This document shows, piece by piece, positions 1 to 8,941 of a DNA stretch of 64,000 nt. The number at the start of each line of letters is the position of its first letter. The stretch's first letter is position 1. A program made the translations under genes and the position numbers. Under the pieces are notes generated by a model. It did not search any database. It was not told the origin of the DNA and saw nothing but the letters and a program-made list of their open reading frames with translations. The stretch is from an uncultured Elusimicrobia bacterium (lineage in GTDB: Bacteria; Elusimicrobiota; Elusimicrobia; 2-01-FULL-59-12), in NCBI GenBank assembly GCA_963702895.1, contig OY969767.1:2080001-2144000 (forward strand), in the 5' to 3' direction.

Positions 1-1
1 T

Positions 2-556
2 GAGCGCTTGGGCCTGCTGAGCAAAGTCTTGGGGCTCATTCTCCTGAAATCGCTCTCGAAGTCGGGTCACCACGCGATGGGCAGGTGTCGCCTGCTCAAA
101 GAAATAAGTGTCGGGGAAAAGAAAACCTTCCAGTTTCTCGCGCTGCACAATCTCGAGAAATTCTTTAGCGCTTGTGACACCTTTGGACTCGAGGAGCGCT
201 GCCATTTGCTTGGCCATCCAGCCTTCCGGGAACGTCACGCGAACAAGAGGTGGCCCTTTTTCAAACTGGCGGTAGAAGGCGAGCCCTGACGAACGAGGAG
301 ACAGCTCATAAATTCCGGGCCGTATCCGATGCGCTCCCAAGAACTTGGCCCAGACCCAAAATGTGGAGGGATGATACAGGAGCCCTTGTTCATAGAGGTC
401 GCGGGCAATCTCCTGTCCGGAAAGACCCTTGCGAAGCTCAAAAGGAACGACGCCCGCGGAGGTCCCAGGTCGACGTGATAAAGAAAGCGCAAGAAGCAGG
501 ACCAGCGCAAACGAAAGGCTGAGGAGGAGAACCTTAAATCGACTACCTGGAAACAA
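2..556 (-). CDS. mltG: Endolytic murein transglycosylase MltG/YceG (runs off the left edge of the window)
   Basis: Absent from the ORF track; manual minus-strand translation gives an N-terminal TM, VRVTFPEGW and KLEGFLFPDTYFF motifs. TTG at 556 is the only in-frame start. Confidence 0.88.
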   Translation of the reverse strand, partial: MFPGSRFKVLLLSLSFALVLLLALSLSRRPGTSAGVVPFELRKGLSGQEIARDLYEQGLLYHPSTFWVWAKFLGAHRIRPGIYELSPRSSGLAFYRQFEKGPPLVRVTFPEGWMAKQMAALLESKGVTSAKEFLEIVQREKLEGFLFPDTYFFEQATPAHRVVTRLRERFQENEPQDFAQQAQAL

Positions 557-1301
557 GAGGGAAGGTGTTGTCCATCGGCGATAGCGGCAGAGGACCGTCC
601 TGCGCTTGCTCGATGCCCAAGAGCTGAGAGACCGTCACAAAATGGTATCCCTGACGTCGCAAATCAGCGATCACGCGGGGCATCATCGCGATGGTATTGG
701 GAATTCCAGAATGCATGAGAACGATGCCCCCATCCGAAATATGACGATGGATTTTTCGCTCCATGACGCTGATCGCGGTGCCGTTCACATCCTTCGTCAG
801 GACCGTCCATAGCACCATGCGATAGCCGGCGGCGGAGGCCGCCTTAAACGTCTTTCGTGAGTAGACACCCCCGGGGGGCCGATAGAGATACGTGTCCTGA
901 CCGGACAGTTTCTCAATGACGGCCCGAGTCTGCGCCAGCTCATTGAGCATGGCACCGGGTTTGACATGAGAAAGATTGGGGTGGCTGAAGGTGTGATTGG
1001 CGAGTTCATGGCCTTGTCGCGCGATCTCGCGGACGATGTCAGGATAGCGCACGGCCATCTTTCCGACCACAAAAAATGTGGCTGGGACGCCTTCGCGTTT
1101 AAGTACCTCCATGAGGCGCTCGGTCAGGACGGGGTGTGGGCCATCATCAAAGGTCAGGGCAACCCAGGGGCGGCTCGGCATTTCCCCCACCAAGGGTCTT
1201 GGATAGCGATAGCGCAGGGGCTCATGACTGGAATAACTGACAGCCCCGCTCAGCAGGGTGGCAGCTCCGAAAAGGATGGCGTGGTAACGGCGTATAATCA
1301 C
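543..1301 (-). CDS. Polysaccharide/peptidoglycan deacetylase (NodB/CE4)
   Basis: ALTFDDGP, NHTFSH, YRPPGG and IVLMH motifs. Start revised to GTG 1301 because the track start overlaps cinA. Confidence 0.9.
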   Translation of the reverse strand: MIIRRYHAILFGAATLLSGAVSYSSHEPLRYRYPRPLVGEMPSRPWVALTFDDGPHPVLTERLMEVLKREGVPATFFVVGKMAVRYPDIVREIARQGHELANHTFSHPNLSHVKPGAMLNELAQTRAVIEKLSGQDTYLYRPPGGVYSRKTFKAASAAGYRMVLWTVLTKDVNGTAISVMERKIHRHISDGGIVLMHSGIPNTIAMMPRVIADLRRQGYHFVTVSQLLGIEQAQDGPLPLSPMDNTFPLVSR

Positions 1302-1332
1302 GACGCTTAAGACTACAGGAAACGGATGCCGA

Positions 1333-2721
1333 TTACAAGTCCAATTCCCGGAGCATATTGAGCATGCCCAGGACGGCCTTGGCGCGGACCGTGTCTCGGG
1401 ATCCTCGAAACTGAACACGCATGCTTCTTGTATAGCCAGGACCAGCCACGGCGAGGAAGACAAGACCCACAGGTTTGCCGGTGGTCCCGCCGGATGGACC
1501 AGCGATCCCCGTAATCGCCGCACCCCAGGTGCTCCCCAAGGACGCCCTCACACCTCTGGCCATGGCAATCGCGGTTTCCTTGGATACCGCACCATGAGTC
1601 CGTAAGGTGGCTTGGGCAACGCCTAAGAGAGACTGCTTGGCGCGGTTGTGATAGGTGACATAGCCACCCAAAAAATACTTGGAACTCCCTGGAACACTGG
1701 TCAGCCGTCCTGCCAAAGTCCCTCCTGTGCAGGATTCCGCGACGGCAAGTGTGGCGCTGCTGGTCACGAACTTATCCATAATGACCTTCTCAAGCGGGAA
1801 ATCGGCGTCCCGGCCGTAAAACGCAGGCCCTGTGCTCTTGCGCACAGAGCGTACGATGCGATCCAGGCGCGCCGCCGCCAGCTGTCGCGTTTTCGCATGG
1901 ACAAATATATCGAGATCGACCAGTCCAGGGTGGGCCAAGATCGTAAAGTCCACACCCGCCTCTTTCTGGATCATGGGGCGGATCTTATGATCAATGACGG
2001 ACTCCGGCACACCGACAAAATGCAAATGCGCTTCTGAATGGGCGCCTCTCTCAAACAGGCGCGCGAGCCTGGGGATCACAAACCGGTCCAACATCGGCTC
2101 CATCTCCGAGGGTGGACCAGGCAGCAAGATCAACAAGGAGGGGATAGGGGACAGAGCACAGGCGACAGGGAACGGCTGAGGCGTGATCGGTGTGACTTCA
2201 AAGAGGCTCTCCCGATCACGTTCCCCTTTCCCCTTTCCCCTTTCCTTTCGGCCTTGAATCCATTGTCCAGGCGCCGTACCCACGGAGTTCGAGATGGCCT
2301 TCGCCCCGTCGAGTAAATAGGCTTGACGCTTGTTGGCGGGAGGCATCTTTCGGTGTCCCGCCCGGCGAAATTTCTTTTTTATCCCCTGAAGCAGGAGGGA
2401 AGACAGAACGAGCGGCCGTCCGGAAGCCTCGGAGGCCGCCTCACGGGTCAGATCATCAAAGGTGGGGCCAAGCCCACCGGTCACGATCACAACTTCATAA
2501 GAAAAGAGAGCTCTGCGAATGCACCGGGTGAGTGACTCGAGATCATCGCCCGCCGTCTGTTCCGAAGAAAGGGTCAGCCCAATCGCCCCCAGGTGACGCG
2601 CGATGATCGAGGCATGGGTGTTGATTTTGCCGCGCAGCAGTTCACTCCCGACGCAAATCAAGCAGAGTTTTGGATTTTGGATTTTGGATTTTGGATTCGT
2701 GATGATCAGCCTCATACTCAC
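1333..2721 (-). CDS. cinA: CinA (MocF-like domain + NMN deamidase PncC) with repeat-derived insertions
   Basis: VGSELLRG, TGGLGPTFDDLT, LPGPPSE, AVAESCTGG, TGIAGP motifs. Confidence 0.93.
   Translation of the reverse strand: MSMRLIITNPKSKIQNPKLCLICVGSELLRGKINTHASIIARHLGAIGLTLSSEQTAGDDLESLTRCIRRALFSYEVVIVTGGLGPTFDDLTREAASEASGRPLVLSSLLLQGIKKKFRRAGHRKMPPANKRQAYLLDGAKAISNSVGTAPGQWIQGRKERGKGKGERDRESLFEVTPITPQPFPVACALSPIPSLLILLPGPPSEMEPMLDRFVIPRLARLFERGAHSEAHLHFVGVPESVIDHKIRPMIQKEAGVDFTILAHPGLVDLDIFVHAKTRQLAAARLDRIVRSVRKSTGPAFYGRDADFPLEKVIMDKFVTSSATLAVAESCTGGTLAGRLTSVPGSSKYFLGGYVTYHNRAKQSLLGVAQATLRTHGAVSKETAIAMARGVRASLGSTWGAAITGIAGPSGGTTGKPVGLVFLAVAGPGYTRSMRVQFRGSRDTVRAKAVLGMLNMLRELDL
2144..2248. 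repeat. In-frame hairpin element made of heptamer arrays, inside cinA
   Basis: Period-7 purine-rich array 2144-2178; inverted arms CGTGATCGG (2182-2190) and CCGATCACG (2212-2220); (TTCCCCT)3 at 2221-2241. Confidence 0.75.
2668..2697. repeat. (TTTTGGA)4 heptamer array, left arm of the four-helix-bundle cassette
   Basis: Perfect tandem repeat; encodes NPKSKIQNPK in the CinA N-terminus. Confidence 0.95.
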
Positions 2722-3071
2722 AGTCGTTTCCGGAGCGTTTTCATGGATGCCACTATCATGGCCACAATTTCGTTAGCTTCCTGTAATACAAGAGATACAT
2801 CCGAGACATCCAGGATTTCGGAATCCACAAGAACTTCAAGCCAGAATTGACTCTCGTCCGCCTCTTCTTCGACGATAGCGAGTTTTGCCAGCATGTCGGG
2901 CACTGATTTCGCGCGGCATACAGCCCGATAATTGGCCCCCACAGAACCCGCTGCACGGACCAGTTGGCGGCCGATAACCTGTGCAGCGATCGTCTTGGGT
3001 AGTCTGCCCACAAGTCGCACAATCAATACAGTAAAACGTTTGGTTCGTGCTTTGAACTCTTCTTCGTTCAT
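2718..3071 (-). CDS. Four helix bundle protein (23S rRNA IVS-protein / Avd-like family)
   Basis: QLVRAAGSVGANYRA and LAIVEEEADESQFWLE family signatures; 117 aa. Confidence 0.92.
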   Translation of the reverse strand: MNEEEFKARTKRFTVLIVRLVGRLPKTIAAQVIGRQLVRAAGSVGANYRAVCRAKSVPDMLAKLAIVEEEADESQFWLEVLVDSEILDVSDVSLVLQEANEIVAMIVASMKTLRKRL

Positions 3072-3074
3072 CTT

Positions 3075-3106
3075 AACCCAAAATCCAAAAATCTAAAATC
3101 CAAAAT
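3075..3106. repeat. Degenerate (TCCAAAA)n heptamer array, right arm of the cassette
   Basis: AACCCAAAATCCAAAAATCTAAAATCCAAAAT is the near reverse complement of 2668-2697. Confidence 0.9.
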
Positions 3107-3816
3107 CACTGTACCCCGAGATACGCTTGCTTCACCTGCGCGTGGTTCATGAGGTCGCGGGCATTTCCCTCCAGCACGATTTTTCCTGTTTCAAGAACGT
3201 AGGCGCGCTGGGCGACTTCGAGCGCCTTGTACGCATTCTGCTCGACCATCAGAATGGTCATCCCCTGCCGATGGATCTCTTGGATAATCGTAAATATTTT
3301 CTCGACCAGCATGGGGGCCAGGCCCATCGAAGGTTCATCGAGCATCAGGACTTTGGGCCGGGCCATAAGAGCCCGCGCGATCGCGAGCATCTGCTGTTCG
3401 CCCCCGGACAGTGTTGAGCCCGGCTGCTTCTGACGATCACGAAGGATGGGGAAGAGGCTCATCATGCGCTCCTGGTCTCCGACGATGCTGGATCGGTCGC
3501 GACGGAGGTAGGCCCCCATCATGAGGTTTTCCAGAACCGTTAAGCGTGGGAACACCCGTCGCCCCTCCGGCACATAGACGATGCCAAGGGCCGCCACGTG
3601 ATGCGGGGCTTTGCCTTTGATCGACTGGCCTTCAAAAGTGATTTCGCCGCCATCGGGAGGCAGGAGCCCGGCGATGGACTTGAGCAGCGTGCTTTTCCCG
3701 GCGCCGTTGGCGCCAATGAGCGTCACGATTTCCCCGGGGAAAAGCTTGAGGCTCACCCCTTTGAGGGCTTCGATCTGGCGGCCATGCAAGGTGCGCAGGT
3801 CCTGAACTTCAAGCAT
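3106..3816 (-). CDS. livF: Branched-chain amino acid ABC transporter ATPase
   Basis: GANGAGKST, LSGGEQQMLAIARALM, LDEPSMGLAP. Confidence 0.95.
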   Translation of the reverse strand: MLEVQDLRTLHGRQIEALKGVSLKLFPGEIVTLIGANGAGKSTLLKSIAGLLPPDGGEITFEGQSIKGKAPHHVAALGIVYVPEGRRVFPRLTVLENLMMGAYLRRDRSSIVGDQERMMSLFPILRDRQKQPGSTLSGGEQQMLAIARALMARPKVLMLDEPSMGLAPMLVEKIFTIIQEIHRQGMTILMVEQNAYKALEVAQRAYVLETGKIVLEGNARDLMNHAQVKQAYLGVQ

Positions 3817-4573
3817 GTTGTGTCCCCAAATAAGCTTCGATCACGGCAGGGTTCTTTTGGACTTCCTCGGGCGCATCATCCGCGATCTTTTCCCCATAGT
3901 CGAGCACGACCACACGATGGCAGAGATTCATCACAATGCGCATCTGGTGCTCAATCAAAAGGACCGAAACCCCGCGCTTTTGGATGCGCTCAACCAGGCG
4001 CATGAGCTCCTGGCTTTCGGCGGGGTTCATGCCGGCGGTGGGCTCATCCAAAAGAAGAAGCCGAGGCTCCAGCGCCAGCGCCCGGGCAATCTCGAGCTTC
4101 CGCTGTTCCCCGTAGGGAAGATTTTTCGCCAGGGCGTTACCCCTTTCCAGGAGTCCCACCTCCGCCAGAAGGTCGCGTGCCGAGCGCTGAATCGCTTGTT
4201 CTTCCATGCGAAAAGAAGAGCTGAGCAAGATGGCGCTCAAAAAGTCCGACCGAGTTCGACAGTGACGGGCCACCATCACATTTTCCATCGCGGTCATGTT
4301 CGTAAAAAGCCGGATGTTTTGAAAGGTCCTGGCAATTCCGAGGGCTGAAATCTGGTGCGGCTCAAGGCCATCAATGCGTTGATCACGAAAGAGAATCTCT
4401 CCTTTGTCTGGCTTGTAGAGCCCGCTCAGGACATTAAAGAAAGTCGTCTTTCCCGCCCCATTGGGCCCAATGAGTCCCAGGATTTCGCCCTCTTTGATGG
4501 AAAGATCAATGTGATCCAGGGCAGCGATCCCACCAAAGACCTTCGAGATCGATAAAGCCTCTAAAAAACTCAT
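3809..4573 (-). CDS. livG: Branched-chain amino acid ABC transporter ATPase
   Basis: GPNGAGKTT, ARTFQNIRLF, LPYGEQRKLEIARAL. Start revised to ATG 4573. Confidence 0.95.
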   Translation of the reverse strand: MSFLEALSISKVFGGIAALDHIDLSIKEGEILGLIGPNGAGKTTFFNVLSGLYKPDKGEILFRDQRIDGLEPHQISALGIARTFQNIRLFTNMTAMENVMVARHCRTRSDFLSAILLSSSFRMEEQAIQRSARDLLAEVGLLERGNALAKNLPYGEQRKLEIARALALEPRLLLLDEPTAGMNPAESQELMRLVERIQKRGVSVLLIEHQMRIVMNLCHRVVVLDYGEKIADDAPEEVQKNPAVIEAYLGTQHA

Positions 4574-4581
4574 AAACGGTT

Positions 4582-4651
4582 CGTCCGACGTTCTACGTCC
4601 GACGTCAAACAGGCTGATCTGCCTTGGACCTCGGACGTCGGACGCCGGACG
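4582..4651. repeat. Inverted CGTCCGA-heptamer hairpin between livM and livG
   Basis: CGTCCGA CGTTCTA CGTCCGA CGTC ... GACCTCG GACGTCG GACGCCG GACG. Confidence 0.85.
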
Positions 4652-4655
4652 GCAG

Positions 4656-5723
4656 TCATTTTCTTTCCTCGTCGTAGAGCGTTTCGTGGTCGGCCTCCTC
4701 ATTCGACTCGTGGGGCGTGAGCTCAAGGGTCCTTCGCTTGCTGGGCCAGAGCCCTTGCGGCCGATAAATCGCCATCAGGATGAGCGACAGCCCAAAGAGA
4801 AGATAGCGGGTGTTGGCAAACGAGCTTCCCAAAACGCTACGGAGAATTTCAGGCACAAGCACAATACAGAGGGCTCCCAGGATGACACCTGGGACGCTCC
4901 CCATTCCCCCCAGCACCACCGCGCACACCAGGAGCACCGACTCCCAAAATGTGAAGGACTCGGGGGTCACAAAACCTTCCCAGTGAACAAAGATCGCGCC
5001 CGCCAAGCCCGCGAAGGCGGCAGAGAGGCCAAACGCCACCACTTTCTGCCGGGTCACTTCCACCCCCATGAGTTCTGCGGCCACTTCGTCCTCGCGAATG
5101 GCCACCCAGGCCCGCCCGACACGCGAGTGCTTGAGACGTTGCGAGACCCACACCGCGGCCAGCACACACGCAAGGATCAGATAATAGTAATGAAGGTTCG
5201 TGGAGAGGGTGATCCCGAGCACGGACGCCGGTGGGATCGATTCCCCGACGCGTGGAAGTCCCTTCGGACCGTTGGTGAGCGTATCCCAGTTTGAAACGAC
5301 GAGGCGTACCACCTCTCCGAAACCAAGCGTCACGATCGCCAAGTAATCACCGCGCAGACGAAGCGCGGGAAATCCCATCAGGACTCGGACCAAACACGCC
5401 ACCAGGACCGCGGCAAGAACGCAGAGCACAAACGGAACATGGTGAATGGAAAGGACCGCCGCCGTATAAGCGCCAATGGCATAGAAGGCCATAAAGCCAA
5501 GGTCCAGGAGTCCAACAAACCCAATCACAACATTGAGCCCCAGCGCCAGGAGCATATAGAGGCCTGCGATCCCGGCAAGGCGAATCGAGAACGCGGCAGA
5601 GGTCGACTGCAGAACGTAAGGAAGGAAAACGAGAAGCACGAGTCCCGCCGCCCACAACAGGAGCCTGGCCGACTTAGAACCCATGGCGACGGTGGGTCTG
5701 GAAAGGAATTCTCGCCATATCAA
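4656..5723 (-). CDS. livM: Branched-chain amino acid ABC transporter permease
   Basis: LRLRGDYLAIVTLGFGE, GRAWVAIREDE, VLGGMGS. Confidence 0.95.
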   Translation of the reverse strand: MIWREFLSRPTVAMGSKSARLLLWAAGLVLLVFLPYVLQSTSAAFSIRLAGIAGLYMLLALGLNVVIGFVGLLDLGFMAFYAIGAYTAAVLSIHHVPFVLCVLAAVLVACLVRVLMGFPALRLRGDYLAIVTLGFGEVVRLVVSNWDTLTNGPKGLPRVGESIPPASVLGITLSTNLHYYYLILACVLAAVWVSQRLKHSRVGRAWVAIREDEVAAELMGVEVTRQKVVAFGLSAAFAGLAGAIFVHWEGFVTPESFTFWESVLLVCAVVLGGMGSVPGVILGALCIVLVPEILRSVLGSSFANTRYLLFGLSLILMAIYRPQGLWPSKRRTLELTPHESNEEADHETLYDEERK

Positions 5724-6616
5724 ACCTTATCCGGAACGTGTTTTCCGAAGAGGCCGTCTGGCCGGAAGAGCAGGATAAAAAGAAGGACCACGAACGCGAT
5801 CACATCTTTCCAGTCGGAACCGTTGGGGATGAAGCCGGCGACCAAGGCTTCCAGGACGCCTAAGATGATCCCGCCCCACATCGCTCCAGGGATGTTGCCA
5901 ATCCCTCCCAAAACAGCCGCTGTAAAGGCCTTGGTGCCTGGAACAAAACCCATGTTGTACTTGATGGAGCCGTAATACATGCCGTTCAAGGCCCCCGCGA
6001 CGCCCCCCAGGGCGCCTCCAATAAAAAAAGTGATCGCGATGATCGCGTTGACCGGAATGCCCATCAGGGAGGCTGTCGCCGGGTCCTGGGCGGTCGCGCG
6101 GATGGCCGTGCCTAAACGCGTTCGGTTCACGAAGAAATGCAGCGCGAGCATGAGGGCGAGTGAGACGCCGAGGATCAACAGCTGAAGGGTGTTGATTTGC
6201 GCGCCCATAAACTCCAGATGTCTCACCTCAAAGGCTTGGGGATACGCCAAGGATTGATCCGAGACCCATAAAAAAACAGCGTTCTGCAAGAGGATGGAGA
6301 CGCCAATCGCGGAGATCAAAGGGGTAAGCCGTGCCGCGCGTCTGAGCGGCCGGTAGGCGATGCGCTCGATCAGGAGGGCCAAGAGTGCGCAGACAACAAA
6401 GGAGAGAACGATCCCCGCCAGAAAGGCCTCCACCGGAGGCATGAACGCGCTGAATCGGCTGTAGCTGAGAAGACTGACCACCGCTCCGCACATGAAAATC
6501 TCGGAATGAGCGAAATTGATCATGAGGAGCACACCATAGACCATGGTATAGCCTAGGGCAATCAGCGCGTAGAGCGAACCGAGCGTGAGACCGTTCACCA
6601 GTTGTTGAAGGATCAT
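5720..6616 (-). CDS. livH: Branched-chain amino acid ABC transporter permease
   Basis: QQLVNGLTLGSLYALIALGYTMVYG, KAFTAAVLGGIG. Start revised to ATG 6616. Confidence 0.95.
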   Translation of the reverse strand: MILQQLVNGLTLGSLYALIALGYTMVYGVLLMINFAHSEIFMCGAVVSLLSYSRFSAFMPPVEAFLAGIVLSFVVCALLALLIERIAYRPLRRAARLTPLISAIGVSILLQNAVFLWVSDQSLAYPQAFEVRHLEFMGAQINTLQLLILGVSLALMLALHFFVNRTRLGTAIRATAQDPATASLMGIPVNAIIAITFFIGGALGGVAGALNGMYYGSIKYNMGFVPGTKAFTAAVLGGIGNIPGAMWGGIILGVLEALVAGFIPNGSDWKDVIAFVVLLFILLFRPDGLFGKHVPDKV

Positions 6617-6714
6617 GGTTCGGCGACGCTCACCATGACCTGGTTCGACAAGCTCACCACCCTGAGCATCGTCGAAGGGCTGAGCGAGCACGCTATGCGT
6701 GTCGAACGGGTCAC
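6613..6714. repeat. REP-like palindromic family A (GGTTCGAC..GCTCACC / TGAGCG..GTCGAA), apparently nested copy
   Basis: Shares CATGGTTCG, CCATGACC, CTGAGCG and GTCGAACGGGTCA with 32715-32765; has an extra internal TGGTTCGACAAGCTCACCACCCTGAGCATCGTCGAAGGG unit. Confidence 0.85.
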
Positions 6715-7865
6715 TTCAGCGGGACAAACTTCCCGTTTTGAACCTGGAAGATGGTGATCGTTTTGTTGAGAGTATCGCCCTTCCGATCAAATTGTGTTAC
6801 CCCCAGAACACCCTCATGCTTGATATGGGGAAGGGCCGTCAGGATTTTCTCCCGGTCTGGTCCTTCCTGACGGATGAGATCCAGAACAATGCTCATGGCT
6901 TCGTACCCCCAGTGGTCATAGGCTTTGAGCTCATCATCGGGGTAGCGCGCCTGATAGCGCTTCACAAAGTCGCGGGCGGAGGCCAGCTCCGAAGCCGGCG
7001 CTCCAAGAAAGGTGATGAAAGTTCCTTCCGCGCTGGACCCTGCGACACGGAGATATTCGGGGTCGAGGTTCGCCTCCGAAAGGATGACCGGAACCCGAAG
7101 GCCCGCGCCGCGAGCCTGGCGGACAACAAGACCTCCCCCCGCGTAATCACCTCCCCAGTAAAGGAGTTGGGGACGCTCGTTCTGGATCCTGGTCAGAAGG
7201 GCATTGAAATCCTTGTCTGCGACACTCACACCATCGAAAGAAAGGGCTTGCCCGCCGAGCGCTTCAAGGCGTTTCTTGAATTCCTCCGCTACACCTTGGC
7301 CGTAGGCCGTCTTATCATGAATGATAGCGACTCGCTTGGCTTTGATCGTCTTGATGGCATAGTCGGCCGCGAAGGGGCCTTGGACATCATCGGTCGTGTT
7401 GACACGGAAGATGTTGCGAGGATATTTCCAGTCGGGCTCCAGTTGTTGGAGCGTCAGTTTGGGATTCGAAGCGGCTGGCGAAATCATGGGCATTCGCGCC
7501 CGCGCGTAAACCTGTGAGGCGGGGATGGAACAGCCGGAGTTAAAGTGGCCAACGACCGCCACGATGGAGGGATCGGACACGATGCGGTTCGCGACGCTGA
7601 CCGCCTCTCTCGGGTCGCTCCGGTCATCAAAGACCTTGGCCTCGACTTGATAGCCCTTGAAGTGACCCTGTGCATGGGCTTCTTCAAGCGCCAGGAGACA
7701 GGCCCGTCGCAGGCCCTGTCCGAGAGCGGCGATATCCCCCGTGACGGGAATGGCGACCGCAACTCTTGCGACTTTCTCTTTTGGCGCGCAACCGCTCAGC
7801 AGAAAGGTCCAAGCGATAAGCGTCAGCCGAGGAAACACCAGCTTGGTTCTGGACCGGGTCGCCAC
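6711..7865 (-). CDS. Branched-chain amino acid ABC substrate-binding lipoprotein (LivJ/LivK family)
   Basis: LLSGC lipobox, VVGHFNSGCSIPAS, HDKTAYGQG; liv operon context. Confidence 0.92.
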   Translation of the reverse strand: MATRSRTKLVFPRLTLIAWTFLLSGCAPKEKVARVAVAIPVTGDIAALGQGLRRACLLALEEAHAQGHFKGYQVEAKVFDDRSDPREAVSVANRIVSDPSIVAVVGHFNSGCSIPASQVYARARMPMISPAASNPKLTLQQLEPDWKYPRNIFRVNTTDDVQGPFAADYAIKTIKAKRVAIIHDKTAYGQGVAEEFKKRLEALGGQALSFDGVSVADKDFNALLTRIQNERPQLLYWGGDYAGGGLVVRQARGAGLRVPVILSEANLDPEYLRVAGSSAEGTFITFLGAPASELASARDFVKRYQARYPDDELKAYDHWGYEAMSIVLDLIRQEGPDREKILTALPHIKHEGVLGVTQFDRKGDTLNKTITIFQVQNGKFVPLK

Positions 7866-8941
7866 TACAGCCCGATCGCTTTCAGGACAGCCGACTTCTC
7901 TGGCGGAATGGGGGCCGTCACCTTCATGATCTGGGTCGCCGTATCGGGATCCTTCAAGCCATGGCCCGTCAGGGTACAGACGATGATCTGACCTTCCTTG
8001 AGCAGCCCCTTTTGGGCCTGCTTGATCAATCCGGCGATCGAAGCGGCGCTGGCCGGCTCGGCGAAAATTCCTTCCTGGCTCGCCAGATACCGATAAGCCT
8101 CCAGTATCTCCTCATCGGTGACCTCGTCCACGAGGCCGCCGGACTCTTCGATCGCCATCGTCGCAAGTTTCCACGAGGCCGGATTGCCAACCCGAATAGC
8201 GGTTGCCAGGGTCTCGGGTTTTTCGATGGCATGGCCGCGCACCAGAGGCGCGGCGCCAGAGGCCTGAAATCCCCACATGCGAGGCACGCGCGTGCAGCGG
8301 CCGTGGGCTTTGTATTCCTGATAGCCTTTCCAGTAAGCCGAAATGTTGCCCGCGTTGCCGACGGGTATACAGTGAAGATCAGGCGAGTCTCCCAGGACGT
8401 CGACAATCTCAAAGGCCGCTGTTTTTTGGCCTTCGAGACGATCGGGATTTAAGGAGTTCACAAGCGTAATGGGATGGGACTGACAAACCTCGCGCGCCAG
8501 GCGCAGGGCGACGTCGAAATTTCCTGAGATCTGAATGACCCGGGCCCCGTGGATGAGCGCCTGGGCGAGTTTCCCCAGCGCGATTTTCCCGTCCGGAATG
8601 AGTACCGCGCAATGGAGGCCGCCTCGCACGGCGTAGGCCGCCGCGGACGCTGAGGTGTTGCCCGTGGAGGCGCAAAGGACAGCCTTCGCACCTCTTTCGA
8701 TGGCCTTCGAAACCGCGACGGTCATGCCCCGATCCTTAAAAGAGGCCGTGGGGTTTAATCCTTCATATTTGAAGTAGATCTGGACTTTGACCCCCAGACG
8801 ATCCGCAAGATACTTCGCCGGGATTAAGGGCGTGTCACCTTCCAGGAGCGTGATGACGGGCGTGCTGGGCGTGACGGGAAGGAAGGAACGGTAATGCTCG
8901 ATGACGCCGTAATGGGCGCGGCCCGTGGCGGATGATTTCAC
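7865..8941 (-). CDS. thrC: Threonine synthase
   Basis: [38 protein letters not shown]. Confidence 0.96.
   Translation of the reverse strand: MKSSATGRAHYGVIEHYRSFLPVTPSTPVITLLEGDTPLIPAKYLADRLGVKVQIYFKYEGLNPTASFKDRGMTVAVSKAIERGAKAVLCASTGNTSASAAAYAVRGGLHCAVLIPDGKIALGKLAQALIHGARVIQISGNFDVALRLAREVCQSHPITLVNSLNPDRLEGQKTAAFEIVDVLGDSPDLHCIPVGNAGNISAYWKGYQEYKAHGRCTRVPRMWGFQASGAAPLVRGHAIEKPETLATAIRVGNPASWKLATMAIEESGGLVDEVTDEEILEAYRYLASQEGIFAEPASAASIAGLIKQAQKGLLKEGQIIVCTLTGHGLKDPDTATQIMKVTAPIPPEKSAVLKAIGL

Noticed and set aside
8..522. Track ORFs 8..289, 250..522 and 235..510
   Set aside because: Shadows of mltG, which occupies another minus-strand frame and runs off the window edge.
2718..3071. Diversity-generating retroelement or rRNA intervening sequence
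   Set aside because: No reverse transcriptase, TR/VR pair or rRNA sequence in the window; only the protein family resemblance.
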